A model generated the notes under the pieces. The model saw only the letters and a program-made list of their open reading frames with translations, did no database searches and was not told the DNA's origin. Position numbers and translations under genes: made by a program. Positions 14,310 to 26,702 of a DNA stretch of 64,000 bases are shown one piece after another (position 1 is the first letter of the stretch; each line of letters begins with the position of its first letter). Origin of the DNA: the human T2T-CHM13v2.0 reference genome, Homo sapiens; NCBI RefSeq assembly GCF_009914755.1, contig NC_060932.1; one strand, given 5' to 3'.

Positions 14310-14522
14310 CGAGACAAGCCTGGCCAACATGGTGAAACCCCGTCTCTACTAAAAACACAAAAATTAGCTGGGTGTGGTGGTGCACGCCTATAATCTCAGC
14401 TACTCTGGAAGCTGAGGCAGAAGAATCGCTTGAACCGGGGAGTTGAAGGTTGCAGTGAGCCAGAATCGTGCCTGGGCAACAAGAGCGAAATTTTGTCTCC
14501 AAAAAATAAATAAATAAATAAA
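14310..14522 (+). mobile_element. 5'-truncated AluSq/Sp abutting the AluJ tail
   Basis: Starts at CGAGACAAGCCTGGCCAACATGG; diagnostic GGCAACAAGAGCGAAA; (TAAA)n tail. Confidence 0.85.
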
Positions 14523-14605
14523 GTATAGTATAGTATAGTATGGTATGGTATAGCATAGCATAGCATAGCATAGCATAGCATAGCATAGCATAGCATAGCA
14601 TAGCA
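14521..14605. repeat. Compound pentanucleotide microsatellite (TAGTA)3(TGGTA)2(TAGCA)11
   Basis: Read directly from the sequence. Confidence 0.97.
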
Positions 14606-14609
14606 TAAT

Positions 14610-14712
14610 ACTGGACAATAGAAACTTTTCTGCTCCATTATAATCTTATGAGACCACCGTCGAGATAGGCAATCCATTGTTAACTGAAATGTCATTATGC
14701 AGCACATGACTG
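14610..14712 (-). mobile_element. Tigger3/Golem-family terminal fragment
   Basis: CTCCATTATAATCTTATGAGACCACCGTC...GTCATTATGCAGCACATGACTG followed by TA. Confidence 0.8.
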
Positions 14713-16154
14713 TATTGTGCTACAATTGCTCTGTCATTCTCTCATATATTTATAGATGTTTTTTCTAATTCATTTGAAAGTCAGCTGCAAAATCCAGCCA
14801 TGTTTCCCCCAACATTTCACCGTGCATCTTGAATGAATATGGACATTCTCCTAAATAAGCACACCACCATCATACCTAAGAAAGCTAACATTTATTCGGT
14901 TAAATGGTGCCATTTAATATGTGACTTACCTGTAAATTTTACCAATTGTCCCCAATATACCTTTTAAAGCTCTTTTTATTAAGTCCAAGACTGTGTCTCT
15001 AAAACATAAAAATTAGTTTAAATTTCATGTTTGCCACCATCGTTTAAAGCCACTTACACTTAATATTTGTACAATTTTGACCCTTTTGAAACCCCATGGT
15101 TGCCCCCTTATTTGATTCTATTGAAATTTGGTGAATAAGTTTGTTTACAGGCATCTTTTCTATGCCCTTCATGAATTCATAGCATGTACTTATTTCTTCT
15201 TAGAGCTTTGGTCTCTCCATGCTGGAGTCCACCTCCTTTGAGCTCATGCTCAAATGTAGGTTCCTCTTAATAATTTAGTTTGCCTCTTTCTACGTGTCCT
15301 TTATAGGTCCTTCCTTAAGCAGTGTAATGACTAAAATTGCATACATCCCTCCAAGTGCCAACCCACATAGGTTTTATACAAGATATACAGAGCCACGCTT
15401 TTAGGATTTAGGACCAACGAATGGCTCTTTTACATGTTAACAATTTAGGAGCTATAAATTTTCTTCCAGACTTTTTCCTTGCCTTAAACTTTTTTACCAG
15501 TTGAAAGCTGCATAAAATGAACATCAAGGGCAGAACATCAAAGGAACTAAGAGGCTATGTCCAAGAACACCAGACAACAGGGAGAAGTGTTTCCCAGGTG
15601 CCCACAGCAGGCTGCAAGAGAGACCATGGAGGGCTGAGGGTGGCAGATATTTACATAATGACATCGACATATTTTAGCTGCCAGCTGTGAGCTGTCTTCA
15701 TTTCTTCTTTCACTTGCTCCTCAAAGTGTGAGGTCCAGAGTGACCCCGGTTTGTTGACACCCCCCAGGGACAACTCTGAAATGAACTGCAACTTCAGATT
15801 TTGTGTCTAATGTTTCTCTGAATAATGAGCAGGATTTTCTTGGCCTGATATGAAACACACTGGGCAAATATTTTTAGCAAGACATCTATAGTGAATATTA
15901 TGTCTCTTTTTGGATTGGCAACTGAGAGCTAGCATTTCGTTGTTCGATTTACTTGGATTTGTCCCCTTTTCGTGTGTTTTTACACATTTGCCTTTCATGA
16001 ACTTTCTCTCTCTGTGGTTTATTTACTCAGTTGTTCACTCGTTTGATGTCACTTCTCATGTGCTTATTATGGACAGCCCTTGGGTTATGCTTTGTGGACA
16101 CATCACAAACATAACTATGACATAGTCCTGGCACTCAAAAAGAGACCTGCATTC

Positions 16155-16430
16155 TGTTTTTGAAAGAATGCCCAGGCTGAAGCGCAGTGGCATCGTCTTG
16201 GTTCACTGCAACATCCGCCTCCTGGATTCAAGCGATTCTTCTGCCTCAGCCTCCTGAGTAGCTGGGATCACAGGCACCCAGCACCATGCCTGGCTAATGT
16301 TTGTATTTTTAGTAGAGACAGGGTTTCACCATGTTGGCCAGTCTGGTCTCAAACTCCTGACCTCAGGCAATCCGCCTACCTCGGCTTCCCAAAATGCTGG
16401 GATTACAGGCGTGAGCCACCACGCCTGGCC
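16155..16430 (-). mobile_element. AluS SINE with eroded tail
   Basis: Antisense dimer from GCCCAGGCTG to CACGCCTGGCC; TGCATTCT on both flanks. Confidence 0.9.
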
Positions 16431-17426
16431 TGAGGCTTGCATTCTTTAAGTGGGGCACATGACCCAGCACATCGCGTACTCGTGGCTACAGTGATTGGCT
16501 CACAGATTACACATGGCCAAAAACAGTCATGTCAGAGCCCAAGAAGACTCAAGTAAGCTCCATGATGACAGGAACCTCTTCTCTCTGTCCACTTCAGTAT
16601 CCCGAGCATGTAGAAGAATGTCTGGTGCATACTAGGACCTCAATAAATATTTTTGCATTAATTAATTCCATGACTTTCGTTTATGTTATTGAGAAACAGG
16701 CTACCTCTTTCCTGCTGCACCAGAGAATTCACAAACTGAAGCTGCCATCTCGCTACCAAATGGAGTCTGAGACTGGAGTCAACAGATTGCAAAGCAAGCA
16801 GAAAGGAGAGACACGTGATTGCATCATGTGAGCCCTGAATCTTGCTATGCCTGCAGCCAGGGCTGCCTTGGTCTTGTTACATGAGCCGAGTTTGCAGTTT
16901 GCTTATGCCACATTTGATCAGGTTTGTTCCTGTTTGCTGACCAAGTCCTAACTAAAAACATTAAAAGAAGTATCCTGCCTACCCTTAAATCAAAGCATTT
17001 CAACCCCTTGACAAGGGAAACACATGGCCCAGACACAGACAATCAGAGTTTAATGGGGCTGATTTTCATGATGGTTTGCTCCTGATAGGAAGGAAGAGCA
17101 GGCTCAAATAGTGGGGCTGTCCTTAGCCCAGCCTCCAGGGCTGATGGGCTGGGATGAAGTCATGTGGACCAGTAGAAAGAAAGAAAATGTGAGGCCAAAA
17201 AATAGGATCTTTGGACTTAGTTTTCTATTTAAGAGCTCCATAGGCTTGAATAAGTCAGTTGACCTCTCTGGACTTCAGTTTCCTCCAGTACAAAATTAAT
17301 AACTTGGCCTAAGTGATCAGTTCTACAATGGGTGTGACTGCCTATGTCTCTCTATTGGCATGGGGCTCACTGCTGCTGCAGCTGCTGCCATTATAGCTGC
17401 CCCTGTGATAACTGTGGTGGGTGCGG

Positions 17427-17523
17427 TCACAATCCTGGAGGCCAGAGATCCGAGTGTTGGCAGTGTTGGTTTCTCTGAGGCTTCCTTCCTCGGCTGGTAA
17501 GATGGCTGTCCTCTCCCTGTGTC
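17427..17523 (-). mobile_element. MLT1A/B-type fragment, inverted copy of 17701-17797
   Basis: Reverse complement aligns to 17701-17797 (GACACAGGGAGAGGA...AGAAACCAACAC.GCCAACACT..GATCTCT.GCCTCCAG). Confidence 0.8.
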
Positions 17524-17645
17524 TATCCCCGGACTGCTGCAGGGATAGAGAAGGCAGGGGTGATGATAAGGCTTGTGATGGTGGTGGTGGGTCCTGTGGT
17601 GCTGGTGAGGTTCCTAATGGGAAGAATTGGGGCAATAGGGGAAGG

Positions 17646-17870
17646 CTTATAAGAAAAGAATATTCAGACATGGACAGTAACAAAGGAAAGACCATCTGAA
17701 GACACAGGGAGAGGATGGCCATCTACAAATCAAGGAAAGAGGCCTCAGGAGAAACCAACACAGCCAACACTTTGATCTCTAGCCTCCAGCATTGTTAGAA
17801 AATTAATTTCTGTTGCTTAAGTCACCGATTCTGTGGTATTTTGTTATGGCAGCCTCAGTAGATGAATACA
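17646..17870 (+). mobile_element. MLT1A/B-type LTR, 3' half
   Basis: CTTATAAGAAAAG...ATTTCTGTTGCTTAAG...GTGGTATTTTGTTATGGCAGCC...AATACA terminus. Confidence 0.82.
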
Positions 17871-18062
17871 GGGTTGCATTCATATTTCTTAACTCTTGCC
17901 AGTTTATTCTAATGTTCGGCTTCAAGAATGATTGCCCTATAAGGTAAACCTACACTGCCTAGCCCCCATTCAAGACTCTGGCCACATTCCACCTGTCTAA
18001 TCAGAGACCCCACTTTCCCATAAAGGTTCCCAACTGCAGTGGGACGCTTCAACCCATGACTC

Positions 18063-18355
18063 TTTTTTTTTTTTTGAGACAGAATCTCACTCTGTCGCCC
18101 AGACTGTAGTGCAATGGCACAATCTCGGCTCACTGCAAGCTCCGCTTCCTGGGTTCAAGCGATTCTCCTGCCTCAGCCTCCTGAGTAGCTGGGATTACAG
18201 GCATGTGCCACCACACCTGGATAATTTTTGTATTTTTAGTAGAGACGGGGTTTCACCATGTTGGCCAGGATGGTCTCTATCTCTTGACCTCGTGATCTGC
18301 CCACCTCGGCTTCCCAAAATGCTGGGATTACAGGCGTGAGCCACTGCACCCAGCC
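18063..18355 (-). mobile_element. AluSc SINE
   Basis: GGATGGTCTCTATCTCTTGACCTCGTGATC; TSD CATGACTCTT. Confidence 0.93.
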
Positions 18356-18777
18356 CGCATGACTCTTAAGAATGCCATGCTAGTTCCTGATACAACTCAC
18401 TCATTTGTCCCTCCTGACTTTTCTCACTCCCAAAGTCTACTTTGCCCTTCCACCAAACCAAATGCAATGCAAACCTTTTTCAAGCATTTACTAGGCAAAG
18501 TGTTTTGATGTCTAACCAAGTAACACAGTTTTAAAGAAGGGCTTGTCAAGACCATTTACTCTTGAGCAGGGAAGGGAACAGTTGTGGGGAGGTGTATTTT
18601 AGTTTCCCACCCCAGCCTTCAAGTTACTCCAACCAGGAACCACCTACTGAAAGCTTGGCTCTAAGTTTTCAGAGAGCTAGTGTAGGAATTTCCATGTTAT
18701 GGAGGGAGAAGGTTCTTTCTGTGGTCCTCTGTTTGGGGGAAGCACCATGAAGGAGTTGGTGAATCAAACTGGCACTC

Positions 18778-19071
18778 TTTTTTTTTTTATTTTTCTTTAG
18801 AGACAGGGTCTTTCTCTGTCACCCAGGCTAGAGCGCAACCATAGCTCACTATAACCTTGAACACTTGGGCTCACAAAATCCTCCCACCTCCACCTCCTGA
18901 GTAGCTAGGACCACAGGTCCACACCATCACACTTGGCTATTTTTTTTTTGTTGTAAAGATGGAGGTCTCACCCTGTTGCCCAGGCTGCTCTTGAACTCCT
19001 AGCCTCAAGCAATCCTCCCGCCTCAGCCTCCCAAAACACTGGAATTAAAGGTGTGAGCCACCACGCCCAAA
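18778..19071 (-). mobile_element. AluJ SINE
   Basis: GAGACAGGGTC...CATAGCTCACT...CCTCAAGCAATCCTCCC; TSD CTGGCA(C/A)TCTTT. Confidence 0.9.
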
Positions 19072-19491
19072 CCTGGCAATCTTTAAGCTGTGTTCTCAGT
19101 TTCCATGGACAATTTTTTTTGCCACTGATTGTCCTGCTAGTCTATGAAATAATGCTAATAAAAAAATATGTTCCTTAGTGATTAAGAGCACAGATTCTGG
19201 ACTTAGAAGAGCCTGGTTCAAATCTCAGTGCTTCGACTTCCTAACTGTCCAAAAGAGTATTCTAAACTTGGAAACGTGCAGAAGAGATTATTGAGTGATC
19301 TGCCAGTGCAGAACTGGGATTTCTACTGACTAGTCAATTTTCATCTCCATAACGGCAGAGGTTTACTTGTAAATTTTGGTCCCGCAGAGAAGCAAATAAT
19401 TTAACTCTGGTAGAAGAATTAGCTCCAAGGGTTATAGTTGATAGCCCTGTTGGACATTAACTAGCTTTCTATCTCACCCAGTAATCTTTTG

Positions 19492-19992
19492 GTATTAAAT
19501 TTCTACTGCTGATATAACAATGTAACACATTTTAGGGTGTAAAAATCATGCAAATGTATTATCTTACAGTACTAGATGTCAGAAGTTCAAAATCTGTTTC
19601 ACTGGGCTAAAATCAAGGTGTAAGCAGAGCCCTTTTCTTCTGGAGGCTCTAGAAAAGGATTTGTTTTCTTGTCTTTTCCAGCTTCTAGGGATAACCTACA
19701 TTCCTTGGCTTATGGCCTCTTCCTCCGTCTTCAAAGCACATCACTCCAACCTCCGCTTTCGTTCTTATGTCTTCTCTCTCAGCTGACACTCCTGTCTCCC
19801 TCCTATAAGAATGCTTGTGATTACATTGGACCTACCCAGATAATCCAGAATAATCTCCCCATCTCAAAACCCATAATTTAATCACATCTGTAAAGTCCTT
19901 TCTATTTATAAAGTAACATAAGTAACATATTCAGAAATTCCAGGGATCAGGATTGATTTTTTTCCAGAGGGAACATTATTTAGCCTATCATA
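19492..19992 (-). mobile_element. MLT1C-type LTR
   Basis: TTATCTTACAGT...GGGCTAAAATCAAGGTG...GATAATCCAGAATAATCTCCCCATCTCAA. Confidence 0.8.
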
Positions 19993-20169
19993 CTCGCCTT
20001 ATTTTTTTGTTGTTAAATTGCCTGCATATATCTAAATTCTCTAATGCTCTTTGAATAAGTTTAAACTTCTTATTGGTTCTCTCATTGGTTATTGAGTTAA
20101 ATAAAATCTTTGACATGGTATCATTTTATATTTTCCTGAGAATTGTGATTTACATTTTTGAAAATTACA

Positions 20170-20358
20170 CTTAACATAGCTCTGTGGCCCTAAGCAAGTT
20201 GCTTAATCTCTCTAAGTTTCAGTTTATATATCTGTAAATGAGGATATTAACAATAATAATACTTAACTTTGGGGGCTGTCATTGTTGGAAACAAGTGAGA
20301 CAATGCATGTAAAGAAATCAGCCCAGTGCCTTGTGCATTTGAAGCCCTCAAAAAATGT
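20170..20358 (+). mobile_element. MIR SINE
   Basis: GCAAGTTGCTTAATCTCTCTAAGTTTCAGTTT...ATCTGTAAATGAGG; AATGCATGTAAAG. Confidence 0.7.
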
Positions 20359-20360
20359 TA

Positions 20361-20587
20361 GATGGTGATCCTGATGCTTATAATGGTGGTGATGCTGCTG
20401 ATGATGCTGATGATCCTGATGACGATGATGCTGATGGTGCTGATGCTGCTGATGATGCTGATGCTAATGCTGATGATAGTGATATTGATGCTACTGATGA
20501 TGATGAGGGTGGTGATGCTGATGATGCTGATGCCAATGATGCTGATTACGGTGACAATGATGCTGAGGCTGATGATGATGCTGATGA
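20361..20587. repeat. Degenerate (GAT/GCT)n trinucleotide repeat
   Basis: About 75 triplets dominated by GAT and GCT, held in one phase. Confidence 0.92.
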
Positions 20588-21349
20588 GAACAAGTGCTCT
20601 GGCCCTCAGTGCCTTAACATCCCTAAAATGAAAATATTGTGTTCAGTGCTCTCTATTTTCCTTTGTAGCTCTCTCTAGCTTTATGATCAAGGCCATCAAA
20701 CATCAGGTACTTTCATTCCGTTTGCTAGATGAAAAAGGCAATGCAACCCCAACCAGAGCACTTGTCTTGGCAAAGGGGTGCTCGCTAGTTTGGGGTCTTG
20801 TTGGCCCAACTGGACTTTTTTGTGGCACACACAAACCAAACAAACTCTACGGGGAGGCCCTGACTATGATTTTTAAACAAATTGATGACAGTGACGATCA
20901 CCCCACACTGTTCTCTAAACAAAAGCAGAGTGATATAACAATTATCTGAAAAAAAGGCAAAACTTGCCTTTGCATTGATTTCATGCCAAAACATGGCTAA
21001 TTGCATCAGGCAATTGCTAGGAAACTTATTAGCATCAACAGTCATGTTCTTACACACATATACACACATGCACAGAAAACCTAATTCTGCCCAGAACAAA
21101 TGGACAGTCATCATTTAACAGCCTAACTAGACAACAGTTCCTCCATGGCACATACAGTGATGGATGAGGCTCTCCATGCAAATGTTGTAACCTGCAGATA
21201 TAGAAGCACTTACCACACAATTACTTGAACTCAGGGTCATGTTGACACTGAAAATATGTAAATGTTCTATGTAAATATTTATTCTCACTCTATTTAAAAA
21301 AAAAAAAAGGAGAAGACGAATGAGGCTTAAGATGACCAAAGCGGACTTG

Positions 21350-21508
21350 CTATTCAAAACTCATTCTGAATCAACAGCATCTGAATCACCTGGGAGCTTG
21401 TCAGAAATGCAGAATCTCAGGCCCCACCCCAGCACTGCTAAATCATAATCTGCCTATAACAAAATCCCTAGGTGATTCAAATGCACATTGAAGTGTGAGG
21501 AGCATTGC
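21350..21508. mobile_element. MER5A (hAT-Charlie)
   Basis: ATCACCTGGGAGCTTGTCAGAAATGCAGAATCTCAGGCCCCACCCCAG...TAACAAAATCCCTAGGTGATTC. Confidence 0.85.
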
Positions 21509-21719
21509 ACTAAGAACTTCTGAATAAGAGCAGTGGGTAGTAATATCATTTGGAATAGCTGTTCCTTTGGAAAAATCACACCATTGCAGCAAACCATAAG
21601 GAATATCAGAAAAGGGAAGTCACTGAATGGTTCTTTCAACAAACATTCATTGAGGGCCTACTATGTGCCAGATAGTATTCTAGGTGCTGGGGGTACAACA
21701 ATAAGAATGAAAATGAAAG

Positions 21720-22028
<309 letters not shown>

Positions 22029-23105
22029 GAATGAAAATGAAAGACCCCTCCCCTTGAGGATCAAATGAATAAATAAAACAGAGTATATAGATTCTCAGAT
22101 GTTGGAAGCTCCTATGAAGAAAAATGAAATGGGACAGGGAGGAGGGAAATTTTGCAATTTTAAATAATATAGTTAGGAGTTGATATTGATACAGAGACTC
22201 AAAGGAAGTGAAGAGACAAGCTATGTGGATATTTCTTGGAACAGCATGACAGGTAAAGGGAATAGCAAAACCAAAGCCCTGAGGAGGAGAAATTATAGCA
22301 TGTCTATATGTTGGGGAGAAGGATCCATTGAGGATTGCTTGAAGGAGAAGACAGAATTGCCAGTGAAGTTCTTGACAGGTGGAAAAGGATGAGATGCAGC
22401 ACACAAGAGGAGAGGCCAGCCCAGAAGAGGAGCATGGAGAGTTTGACCATTATCATGTGAGAGAAAGCAAAGCCTATGTTTCCAAATGTGAGTAAGCTGA
22501 TGGATAAAGTGGTGGGAGCACCTGGAAGTCTCCTCTATTGTTTGAGATATTTCCCTGAAATAGGAATCTAGTTTATCCATTGAGGGAGAGGAGAGGATGG
22601 TTATTAAAAGTACGGGAAGAGAAGATAAGGTTTGAAATAGCTGTCTAGAAGAGGGAACAACTACCAAAATGTGTGCTTGTTGGGCAGCCTTGAGTCCACC
22701 TTTGTGATATGTCAACATCCCTTTGTTTTTCTCCAGCCATGTTCACTTTCAAGTCTGGAGATGGGGAAAGAGAGGAGAGTTGGATTTAACAATGGTTGAG
22801 GTTTTGCCAGGCACCTACAATGAAGTAAGATGGGGGAAAATGTGTTGAGGATGCATGCAAGGAAGTCATTTATAATGAAAGATCATGGAATTAAGGCTAG
22901 ATTTTAAAAAGACATGAGGGCTCAAACAAAATAAGGGACGATGAATACATAACAGGATCATTGGATGGCAGGTCCCAGTAAAGTCAAGCAAACATCGAGG
23001 TCAGGGAACTGGAAGAATTAAACTGGAAAGTTAGAAGATGACAGAGAATGGGATTCTTGAAACTGGGATTGTGAAGGTGATACAATTAGCCGTCATTCCA
23101 TGATC

Positions 23106-23312
23106 CAGGCTGCGCCATTCGTTATGGCAGCCACTAGCCACCTGAGGCTATTTAAAATTTATTAAAATTAAAGAAAGTTACAACTCCAGTTCTCCACTGA
23201 ACTAGCCGCATTTCGGGTATTCAATGGCTCCATATGGCTAGAGGCTACTCTATTGGACAGTGGAAGTAAAGACCATCTCCATTGTCACAGAAGGTTCTAC
23301 CGGGCAGTGTTA
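23106..23312 (-). mobile_element. MER3 (hAT-Charlie)
   Basis: TATGGCAGCCACTAGCCAC...ATATGGCTAGAGGCTACTCTATTGGACAG...CACAGAAGGTTCTA. Confidence 0.8.
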
Positions 23313-24504
23313 CGCTAGGGTTTGACTATGGGGATTCATTGCTGAGGTAAGGTGATGGGTGAGGTCATCAGAGGGCCCTGGATTATCTATACAGATATGG
23401 AAATCATCAAAAATTGGAACAGGAACAATTTTGGAAAGACTGCCAGTGGTGCAGAAGCTAAAATCTTCAAGGTGTCAGGAGAGTGAAGTCAGCAGACAAT
23501 TACTACTGGGATGATTTAAAACTTCATTTTTAGTGAGAATAGGGGTCATGAGAGAGCATGTCTAGGCCTATTAGTAATCAGGATAGTAGGTCAGGGCTAC
23601 AGGGAAAATGATGTCCCATCATTTTGATGATGATGGAAGAAGGTGAAGAGGACATTCAAAGATGGTTGAGGAAAGAAGAGATTTTGCTCATGGCTAACCA
23701 TGTGTCCCAGAGTGACAGTGGAAGGGTTTGAGGAGACAGGGAACAGTGAGCAATCAGTTCATGGAAGGGGCTGTGCAGAGTTGCATGAGAAGGCGATCCA
23801 GGAGATGAGCAGTCCTGAGAAGCCGCGCTTTGTGTACAAGCTGGGGTAAACAGCAATAAAGGGCACAGGGAGATGGATCCTCACAGCCCCAAAGCATGAA
23901 CTAGGGAAGCTGTGAGTGTTCAAGGAGAAACAAGGCTCTCGCCAGGAGCACAAAGAATTCTAGAACACCCTCTTCATTTCCGTTCAAGGTAGCATGGAGG
24001 CTAGAAAATGACCCAGAGCTCTGGACATCGCGGCTGCCGGCAGGGGAGGATAGAGGCCTGGGAGGGGCGATCTTCCCCAGAGAACGTGGAGCTCCTTCTT
24101 GACTCCTTAAACCTGCCACAGACTAGAAATGTCTTTGCGTTGGAGTTTTCCTGGAGAAGGGGTTGCTGTAAGCCAGAAGGCAACCTTCCAAGTCCCTGCA
24201 CTGGAGACCTACATGAGCTCAAAGCCTGACTCTGATATGCACTTCTCTAAGTCTCCATGCCCAGATCCTCAGGCTTTCCATGTTCTGTCACCTCTACCCA
24301 GAAGTCTCCTCTCCCTTTTCCGAGCCAAGGGAACGGTCACAGTCTGCTACTTGAAGATATTCTCTTCAAACATTCAAACAACTGATTTTGTTCATGCATT
24401 CATTCATTTGTTCAATGAATACTAATTGAATACCAAATACTAGTTATCAGTATTTATTAATACGCAAGAAATACTGATAACAAGTATTAAGAAAGCAAAT
24501 TTCA

Positions 24505-24730
24505 TAAACTAGGGCTCAAAAACAAGTTCTACCACCTGTCATTTGCATGAGGTCCTTACATGTTTCTTTAACCTCTCTGAGGCTGTTTTCTCTCCTGCAA
24601 AATTTAGACATCAAAACCTTCCTCATAGGGCTAAGGGAGAAGTAAGTAAAATCATCAAACTAATTCATGAAAGTACCTAGTGCAATGCCTGGCACAGATA
24701 AAAATTCATTAAGGGTTTGTCATTATTAGT
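24505..24730 (+). mobile_element. MIR SINE
   Basis: TTTAACCTCTCTGAGGCTGTTTTCTCTCCTGCAAAA; AAAGTACCTAGTGCAATGCCTGGCACA. Confidence 0.6.
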
Positions 24731-24938
24731 CATAAACGCTTTGCCAGTGCTGCACTAAGTGCCAAGGATGCAAAGACTCATATTCTAGCTTAGGAGATAG
24801 GATCAAAACCAATAAATTTTCATTATAATGTGATTTCTTAACAGCCACTCAAAAGAGATGTATACAAATACTATTGGAGTGTCATGAAGTGAAGGATTCC
24901 CAGGAGTGATATCTGGAAAGGTCTTCCAATGACTAGGA

Positions 24939-25285
24939 GTCTTAATCAGCTTGGGTTGCTATCACAGAATACCATCGACTGAGTGGCTTATAAACAACAG
25001 ATATTTATTTCTCACAATTCTGGAGGCTGTAAAGTCCAAGATCAAGGCACCAGCAGGATCAGTACCTGGTAAGGACCCACTTCTTGGTTCTTAGATGGTC
25101 ATTTTCTCACTGTGTCCTCATGGGGCAGAAGGGATGAGGGAGCTCTCAGGTTCCTTTTATAAGAACATTAGTCCCATTCATGAGAGCCCTGCCCTTGTGA
25201 CATAATCACCTCCCAAAGGCCCCACTTTGGGGGTTAGGATTTCAGCATATGAATTTTGGAAAACACAAGCATTCAGTCTACAGCA
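24939..25285 (-). mobile_element. MLT1A0-type LTR
   Basis: GTCTTAATCAGCTTGGGTTGCTAT...GGCTTATAAACAACAG...CAAGATCAAGGCACCAGCAG...CATTCAGTCTACAGCA. Confidence 0.85.
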
Positions 25286-25299
25286 GAGTCGTTCTCCAG

Positions 25300-25760
25300 A
25301 TGGAGAAGGGGAAAGCATCCCAGGTTGAAAGAAGAGTATGGTGCCTTGAAAGGGCATGGTGTGTCCACAAACCTGTGAGAAGCCATGGAGTGGAGAGTGC
25401 ACAGAAGAGAATAACAGGAGGTGAAGCTTGAGAAGCAAAGGGTCCCTTATAGGGCAGGGTACATTTGCTTTCCCAACCCTTCTGACTTGATCTTGTGAGC
25501 AATGGCAGTTTTTAAGCAGAAGAGCACCATGATCAGGATTTTGGCATTAGAGTGGAAGACAGGTCGGGGGAGGAATGAGACTGGAGGCAGGGAGACTTTT
25601 AAGAGGCTGTTGAAATAATGCAGGTGAGACATGGTAAGAACCTGGACAAGGGCATTGGCAGAGGAACTAGAAAACCATGGATAGGAGAGACAGTTCTGAA
25701 GTAAAACCCACAGGACTCAGGGATGTGTTGGGCTGGATGCAGGAATAGGAAGATAAAGGA
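25300..25760 (-). mobile_element. L2 fragment
   Basis: TTTTAAGCAGAAGAG...GGAGGCAGGGAGAC...AGGCTGTTGAAATAATGCAGGTGAGA. Confidence 0.65.
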
Positions 25761-26384
25761 GTCATTCGCCACCAGCCCATGAACTCACATAGTTGCAGGT
25801 TGCTGAGACACAACTTCAAAATGTCTTAGTGTGTGAGAGCCCCAAGTCCAAGGAAGCTTGAAAGTTACTTGGAATATATCTTGACTCCCTACTGAACACT
25901 TGAGCATTTCCTGACAATTATGTAATGATTAAGCAAATAGTCATTCTTTGTTCTCAGAAAAGACTGTAAGACTATGTATCTCTAATGCAAATATAACATT
26001 ATATTATTATAATATTAACCATTATGCAATTTGTATGCTGCAAGAAATATAAAGCAAAAAGTATGAGACTTAGCCGAAGAAAAGGTCTACTTCATGGAGG
26101 AGCTTATCCTTGCACAAAGCCTTAAAGGATGAGCAAATTTTTGATGTATAAAAATGGGCACTCTAAGATGAGGGGGAGCTGCCTGAGCTGAGACAGGTGA
26201 GCAGGAAAGCATTTCTCAGGTGGGTTCTGAAAGCCCCTCATCTTGTAAGATGCTCCAGGATGAAAGGAGCCACGATCAAATAAACCCGGGGTAACAACCC
26301 GCTATGCAGCCCCTCCCTTGGAGCATCGCAATACTTTTGACATATTAAAGATCTTTAGAAGTTCTGTAATTAAAAGTAATTTGC

Positions 26385-26600
26385 CTAGTGACAAAAAGCA
26401 AATCATCGGTTGCCCGGGGCTGGAGGTGGGAATAGGAGGATTGATTGCAAAGGGGCACAAGGAAACACTCTAGGTAATGGCCATATTCTATATGATAATT
26501 GTGATGGTAGGTTACAAGGGTATATACATATGCCAAAACCCATCAAACTGTACACATGAAATATGTACATTATGCCTTATTTAACTTGATTAAAAATAAT
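26385..26600 (+). mobile_element. L1M 3' end fragment
   Basis: GGTTGCCCGGGGCTGG...AAGGGGCACAAGGAAAC...CCATCAAACTGTACAC. Confidence 0.7.
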
Positions 26601-26702
26601 AATTTGTTTTTTATTTGACTTTGAATAACTTTTTTTTTATTTTTCTCATTAGCATTCCCTCAAAATGCCTATCTGTTGAAACAGCATCTGGAGGAACACC
26701 AC

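Noticed and set aside
14230-14707. ORFs with (MLCYA)n peptide repeats
   Set aside because: They are translations of the (TAGCA)n microsatellite and antisense Alu.
20355-20678. Acidic Asp/Ala-rich 107-aa ORF as a CDS
   Set aside because: It is a translation of a degenerate (GAT/GCT)n repeat beside a MIR, with no splice or promoter support.
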